This document shows, piece by piece, positions 59,185 to 64,000 of a stretch of 64,000 nucleotides of DNA (position 1 is its first letter; each line of letters starts with the position of its first letter). The DNA comes from Diplonema japonicum (Eukaryota > Protista > Euglenozoa: Diplonemea). The position numbers and the translations under genes were made by a program. The stretch covers positions 186,001 through 250,000 of the forward strand of contig OZ025716.1 of assembly GCA_964019335.1 (NCBI GenBank). Reading direction: 5' to 3'. Under the pieces are notes generated by a model, which saw only the letters and a program-made list of their open reading frames with translations, had not been told where the DNA came from and made no database searches.

Positions 59185-60351
59185 ATGAACCAAAACAACA
59201 AAAAACTGATAATTTTCACGGTTGTAGCAGTGGTGCTGTATATGGTAACAAAGGTGCAAGACAGACCAGTCCCAGTCAGGTCGAAACGGGCGAAGGTTGT
59301 CGAGGAGCTGGACACCTCAGAAGTGATAGATATAGATAGCCTAAATGGTGAGCTATGCATGAGCAACATGGAAATGTTTCCCGGGAGGATGAAATGGAAG
59401 CCGGTATCAGAGTGGATCCCCGACGGCTGTCGTATGAAAAAGTACACTCTGCATGAAGCAAAAGGCTGTCTAGAGAAAAAAAAATACCTCATCGTCGGGG
59501 ATTCCGTGGGGGAACAGATCTACAGGCAAATAATCAAGGAGCAAAACTACATGAAGCTAGAGCTAGTAGAATGGCTCGGCGGCCACAAAGCCCCTCACTG
59601 CCCAACCATGATGTGCACCAGAGCCTTCAGAGACACCGCTAGCAACACTTCCGACTGGATCCTGGGCAGATTATGGGACCCTTCTACAGCGCAATTGTAC
59701 CCAATGAACGCATTCAACGCGCATCTTGTCAGACAGGCGGATGTCGTTGTTTTTTCACAAGGTACATGGGACATGGGTGCGCATTACTGTGGGATCCGTG
59801 CTTTTTACGACATGTTGAAAGTGAAGATTAACGCGCTGAAGGCGCAGATGAAACCGGGGGCAAAACTGTACGTGTGGGGCCTTCACTGGTATCACGCTGT
59901 TAAGCCATGGGGGCACCCCGCATCGAGTTGTAACCATCCGGAGAAGGCAAAGGCGTTCCGTGAGGCCATTCGAATTGCATCGGCCTGCACCAACGTCGGC
60001 TTGCTCGAAACAGATGAAATCACGAAACAAGCAAAACAAGACACGGAGGACGGAGTCCACTACCAGAACAAAACTGTAATGGTCAAGCTGGACCTGCTTC
60101 TCAATGTAGCATGCCGCGACCCGCCAATGGAGCCTCGGTACATGCCTGCTTCCCTCTGTGACGGTGAAGCGGATGCGAAGGCTCGTTGGGATGCGAACCC
60201 CATTGCAAATTATGGGTGCGGACTACCGCACTCCACCCGTGCTGACCCAACAGCTGGCGAAAAGATTGAACCAGGCAGGATGTGGGAGACATGCCCAGCA
60301 TTCAAACTTCCTAAGTACGACCGTTCAGATCCTAGAGTAAGAGGCAGATAG
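59185..60351 (+). CDS. Type II membrane SGNH/PC-esterase (TBL-like) O-acetyltransferase or esterase
   Basis: N-terminal TM; WIPDGC...CL...IVGDS and DGVHY (DxxH) motifs. Confidence 0.8.
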   Translation: MNQNNKKLIIFTVVAVVLYMVTKVQDRPVPVRSKRAKVVEELDTSEVIDIDSLNGELCMSNMEMFPGRMKWKPVSEWIPDGCRMKKYTLHEAKGCLEKKKYLIVGDSVGEQIYRQIIKEQNYMKLELVEWLGGHKAPHCPTMMCTRAFRDTASNTSDWILGRLWDPSTAQLYPMNAFNAHLVRQADVVVFSQGTWDMGAHYCGIRAFYDMLKVKINALKAQMKPGAKLYVWGLHWYHAVKPWGHPASSCNHPEKAKAFREAIRIASACTNVGLLETDEITKQAKQDTEDGVHYQNKTVMVKLDLLLNVACRDPPMEPRYMPASLCDGEADAKARWDANPIANYGCGLPHSTRADPTAGEKIEPGRMWETCPAFKLPKYDRSDPRVRGR

Positions 60352-60363
60352 GAAGGATGGTTT

Positions 60364-60394
<31 letters not shown>

Positions 60395-60486
60395 GTTTGC
60401 CATGTTTGCCGGCTCGTGACGTGTTTTTTCTCGCCCAGATAACAGTAATCAACCGCAGAACGGTAACTGATTTAGTGTGAACTTCT

Positions 60487-60521
<35 letters not shown>

Positions 60522-60786
60522 GACCAGTTTTTTTGAGTTGATCTTTTTTTTTTTTTTTTTTAGAGGAAGGTTCTCTTCCCTCCTGCACATGCCGAAAGGT
60601 TTGACCTTTGTTGTATCAGCGTCTCTCCTTCATGCTTTTTTTTTTGTTTTTGTTTTTTGTTTTTTTTTTGTTTTCTGTTTTCTTGTGTAATTTTCCCCCT
60701 TTAATTTGTTTTTTTTCTTTTTTTGGCAGGGATCGACTTCTCAGCAAAACCTTCCCTAAAAAAAGGGCAACAAAAAAAAAAAAAAA

Positions 60787-61644
60787 ATGGAGCCGCTGGC
60801 CAAAATCACAGACCCCATTACTGCATATGAAGCAAGGTACTCAAATAAATATTCTGCAAAACAAGCCTTAAGAGAATTGCACCAAGCAGTAGTGGTCGAA
60901 AACGAGGAGTCATCCACAGCAGGCATGGTAGTCTTGGCAGAGTTGGTCAGAGACAACTGCAGCAGCGAGCAAGAAGTAGTTAACATTTTCAATGCAACGA
61001 CAAGCAGTTTGATACAAGAGTCGATGGTTCGCACAGGCAACACTGCTGTAGCTATCGCAGTGTTGGAGAAGTTGAACCTCCTGAACTACAGGGTCAGACG
61101 GACATTCTGCATAACATGGGTAGAACGAATATCTGTGCCTGTCCCCGTGCTACAAGGAATTAAAAAGATTATCGATGCGTCAGGAGTGGGGTCTACCATT
61201 TCTATGTTCTCATGTAACCCAACCGGCTGCCTCGGGCAAGAAGAGGAACAGGCACTCACAGATGCCAATGCCTCGGCCCTTGTCGCTCTTTGTTTGGCAC
61301 ACCACAACTCTCCCTTGCCTCTTAGCATCATTGTTCCGAAAACGCTTGGTTCGGACGATGCGTTATCGCTTCTCATGTCTGTTTGTGCAGAATCTCCTTC
61401 TCTCTCCCCTCCCGAGGCCTTCCTCTCTATCCTCTGCGGTGCATTGTCCCCGCAAGGTGCTGCCGAGCATCTCACTTCGCCCTTAACAGAGGTTTCGTTG
61501 AAGTTTCTATTGAAGCTGTGTAAGACACCGACACCACCCGAGACCATTGTCGCCATCGCGATGCAGGACGTTCTATCCGCCGTGGAGGACGAGCCGCAAT
61601 GGGCACCGTTGGTCAAGAGAATTGAAATATGGCTTGCTCGCTGA
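60787..61644 (+). CDS. Hypothetical protein (285 aa)
   Basis: Clean ORF with coding composition, ATG after an A-run; no motif recognised. Confidence 0.7.
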   Translation: MEPLAKITDPITAYEARYSNKYSAKQALRELHQAVVVENEESSTAGMVVLAELVRDNCSSEQEVVNIFNATTSSLIQESMVRTGNTAVAIAVLEKLNLLNYRVRRTFCITWVERISVPVPVLQGIKKIIDASGVGSTISMFSCNPTGCLGQEEEQALTDANASALVALCLAHHNSPLPLSIIVPKTLGSDDALSLLMSVCAESPSLSPPEAFLSILCGALSPQGAAEHLTSPLTEVSLKFLLKLCKTPTPPETIVAIAMQDVLSAVEDEPQWAPLVKRIEIWLAR

Positions 61645-61810
61645 GTTTTTTTTTTTTTTTTCTTTCTCTTTTTTTGAAATTGAAGCAAGGAAAGTTACAA
61701 TTCACAGGGCGCCCCCTCACCCCCCTCTTTTTTTTTTTTTTTTTAATACTATCACCTTGGACGTCTTATCGCCTGGGTGGCATGGAGGAAGGGGTCGAAA
61801 AAGGGCAGAA

Positions 61811-64000
61811 ATGCACATAAGCGACATGAAAGAAAAAGCAAGGGTGATACCCCCACCCTTACCCTCACAGGCCGGCGGAGGGGGTGGGGGCGCCACTGCA
61901 ACGGTCCCGCCAGCAGCGGCGGCGGTGGGGGTGGGGGTGCCGGGGGTGGCGGCGCCGAAGGCGCCGCCAACCGCTGACGATACACTTCCAACACCAACGC
62001 AACACGACGAACCGGCTTTCAAAACATCAACGGTGCACTACTGCGGGATCTGCACGGCTCCTGTCGAAATAGGAACGGACATCGCCGCGTTGGAGGAACA
62101 CCTGGCGAAACACGGGAAACAACTAACCGCGATGAACCACTGGGCGTCGATACGGCCCTGGAAGAAACCGATCCTGCCTCCTAGCGAGATCTCCGACGAT
62201 TGGAAAGACCTGTGCGAACAAATCCAGCAATGGAGGGACAGCCGCGCGGAAATCCAACAAAAACAAGAAGGCATTCGATGGCTCTCCCGTTTACTAGGCG
62301 CCGAAAAAATCACACCCCACGGATCGATCATGACAGGTGTATCAGGTTCAGACCAATGGATTGACCTGTCCTTGCAAGGAACAAAGACGATATACACTGT
62401 GAAGAACCTCCGTGTTCGGGATCTGGATGCGTTAAAAAAAAAACGAAACGAGCTTGAGTACAAGCACAACGTGATAATCCTGCCGGAGAAGGAAAAGGAG
62501 GAGAAGGGCATGGTCACAGTCATGTCGCACGTTGCAGGACGCGAAGAAGGCGCATTAGCATGCATCGAGATGATAAAAAAAGTACTAAGCCGGAAGCACA
62601 TCACGCTCACAACAAGAGAAGGCACACCCGAGAAAAAAACAATTCTTCAAATGGCAGAGGCGCGGCTTTCAAAGGTTCTCCACCCTTCTTGCACGGATCT
62701 GAACTTGAACTCAAAAACACCGGTTTTGAAGCTAAGAGCAGAGGGCAAACCATGCCAAGACAACACCCTTCTCGTACCCATCCCCGGGAAATCTTTGGAA
62801 CTACTCGATGGTAAAAAGATTCCTCACGGTGAGTATCGCAACGGGGATATCTCATTCCCAGAACCAGAGGCGGCTATGGACGCTCTTGATCTTCTTGAAT
62901 CGCAGCATTTACCTGTAAAACTATATTATCCAAAGTGCTTGGGTTACAACTGGTCGTTGTCCGCGTCTCCATCACGAGGCCCGAGAAATTCCCGGTTGTT
63001 AAGAAGGCTATTGGACTCGATAGGTGAGCCAGGAATTGTTGCGTGCTGTTTACTCACAAGATGGGGAAAACGGCACTCGGTATTCGACACGCGAAACGGG
63101 TTTGTTTCGTCGGAATCGTTAATCGTTATGTTCTGTTTCTACCTCCAGCAAATCGGGGCGTGCGGGTATATAGACCACGAAAGCGTTCCTGAAGAGGACG
63201 ATTCTGATGGACAGAGCTACCCGGTCCCGAAAGATCTTGAGCCTGGTGCCCATGCGACGGTATTATCGTACGTTATAGGATTCTTCCAGTATTTCTCCGT
63301 GTTTGACTGGACGAAGAGGGTTGTTACTCTTAACTCCCCGCCGTGGGTGCCGGTTTCACCTTCTGAGTTGAACTTCACGGTCGAAATGTCCATTTCAACA
63401 TTCCACAAACATGTTAAAGAACATGTTTATTGCAATCTGGTGGTCTTGGACGCGTATGAAGTAACGAATACCGCGCGGAGAATAGGTGTAAGCAGGCAGC
63501 ATTTCGTGAAGGGGATTCTTCGGCTGTCGTACAGGCTTCTCGCAGGGCAGTTCCCTCGTGGGGTGTTCGAAAGCTACAAGTACCGGCTCGGCTTGACGTT
63601 CAACGCAAGTTTTATCGCTGAAGGGGAAATACCTTGGAAGTCGTTGGGTTTGAAAGCACCGTCTTCACCGTGTCTTGATAACAGAGAGGTGTTTCTACCG
63701 GCATTGCCTGTTATTGAAGAGGAAGTAGTGTGTTATTCGCCACGTATAACGGAGCTGCCAAATCCTCTTGGGAAGGGTCTTCCGGTGATGCTGCGGCAGA
63801 CGAAGGTTAGAAGGGAGCAGCATTGTGCCGTTTCTGCGCCGCCTCAGCATCTGCACCACCTGCAGCATTTTTACCAGCATGGGTATTTTTTGCCGTTGTC
63901 GCCGCTTGCGACCAGGTACTACTTCAACCTTAGCGTGTACGGGTGCCCGGTGGTGCGTTACGCAAAGCCCGATGCGCTTCGGGAGCAGAGCACCGAAAGC
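61811..64000 (+). CDS. C2H2-finger, TUTase/Cid1-like nucleotidyltransferase-fold protein (3' end outside window; missed by the ORF track)
   Basis: Frame open from ATG 61811 to the window end; YCGIC...EEHLAKH; HGSIMTG..SDQWIDL; GPRNSRLL...RWGK...NGFVSS..LIVMF.FYLQ; FFQYFSVFDW; VLDAYEVTNTARR. Confidence 0.78.
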   Translation, partial: MHISDMKEKARVIPPPLPSQAGGGGGGATATVPPAAAAVGVGVPGVAAPKAPPTADDTLPTPTQHDEPAFKTSTVHYCGICTAPVEIGTDIAALEEHLAKHGKQLTAMNHWASIRPWKKPILPPSEISDDWKDLCEQIQQWRDSRAEIQQKQEGIRWLSRLLGAEKITPHGSIMTGVSGSDQWIDLSLQGTKTIYTVKNLRVRDLDALKKKRNELEYKHNVIILPEKEKEEKGMVTVMSHVAGREEGALACIEMIKKVLSRKHITLTTREGTPEKKTILQMAEARLSKVLHPSCTDLNLNSKTPVLKLRAEGKPCQDNTLLVPIPGKSLELLDGKKIPHGEYRNGDISFPEPEAAMDALDLLESQHLPVKLYYPKCLGYNWSLSASPSRGPRNSRLLRRLLDSIGEPGIVACCLLTRWGKRHSVFDTRNGFVSSESLIVMFCFYLQQIGACGYIDHESVPEEDDSDGQSYPVPKDLEPGAHATVLSYVIGFFQYFSVFDWTKRVVTLNSPPWVPVSPSELNFTVEMSISTFHKHVKEHVYCNLVVLDAYEVTNTARRIGVSRQHFVKGILRLSYRLLAGQFPRGVFESYKYRLGLTFNASFIAEGEIPWKSLGLKAPSSPCLDNREVFLPALPVIEEEVVCYSPRITELPNPLGKGLPVMLRQTKVRREQHCAVSAPPQHLHHLQHFYQHGYFLPLSPLATRYYFNLSVYGCPVVRYAKPDALREQSTES

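Overview
Eukaryotic genomic DNA, most likely from a euglenozoan (diplomonad-unlike, diplonemid-like) protist. The taxon is inferred from a co-directional + strand gene cluster, expanded membrane class III adenylate cyclases, ubiquitin-like/ankyrin genes, and kinetoplastid-style TOR and TUTase-like genes. About 17 intact genes lie on the + strand, separated by spacers full of long A/T/C/G homopolymers whose lengths may be sequencing-affected. Recognisable products: glutaminyl cyclase, FHIP/FAM160, a long coiled-coil protein, a 5-exon TOR kinase, a GFA/CENP-V protein, a ~3,780-aa ankyrin-anoctamin fusion, three adenylate cyclases, an ECO1-like acetyltransferase, a Ubl-ankyrin protein, an F-box/pseudo-GTPase, an SCP-type phosphatase, an SGNH/TBL-like protein and a Zn-finger pseudo-TUTase that runs off the window end. 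Main unusual signals: (1) eleven frame-restoring GT-AG introns (ten of 34-59 nt, one expanded by a transposon), most with a poly(A) run where a polypyrimidine tract is expected; (2) several families of 5'-truncated non-LTR retroelements and short retroposon-like elements that end in oligo(T) rather than poly(A), mostly start after T-tracts and form head-to-tail chains, plus a host-gene/retroelement chimera; (3) an internally deleted piggyBac inside a TOR intron and a related MITE; (4) a palindromic TCATTATTTAA-motif repeat family.
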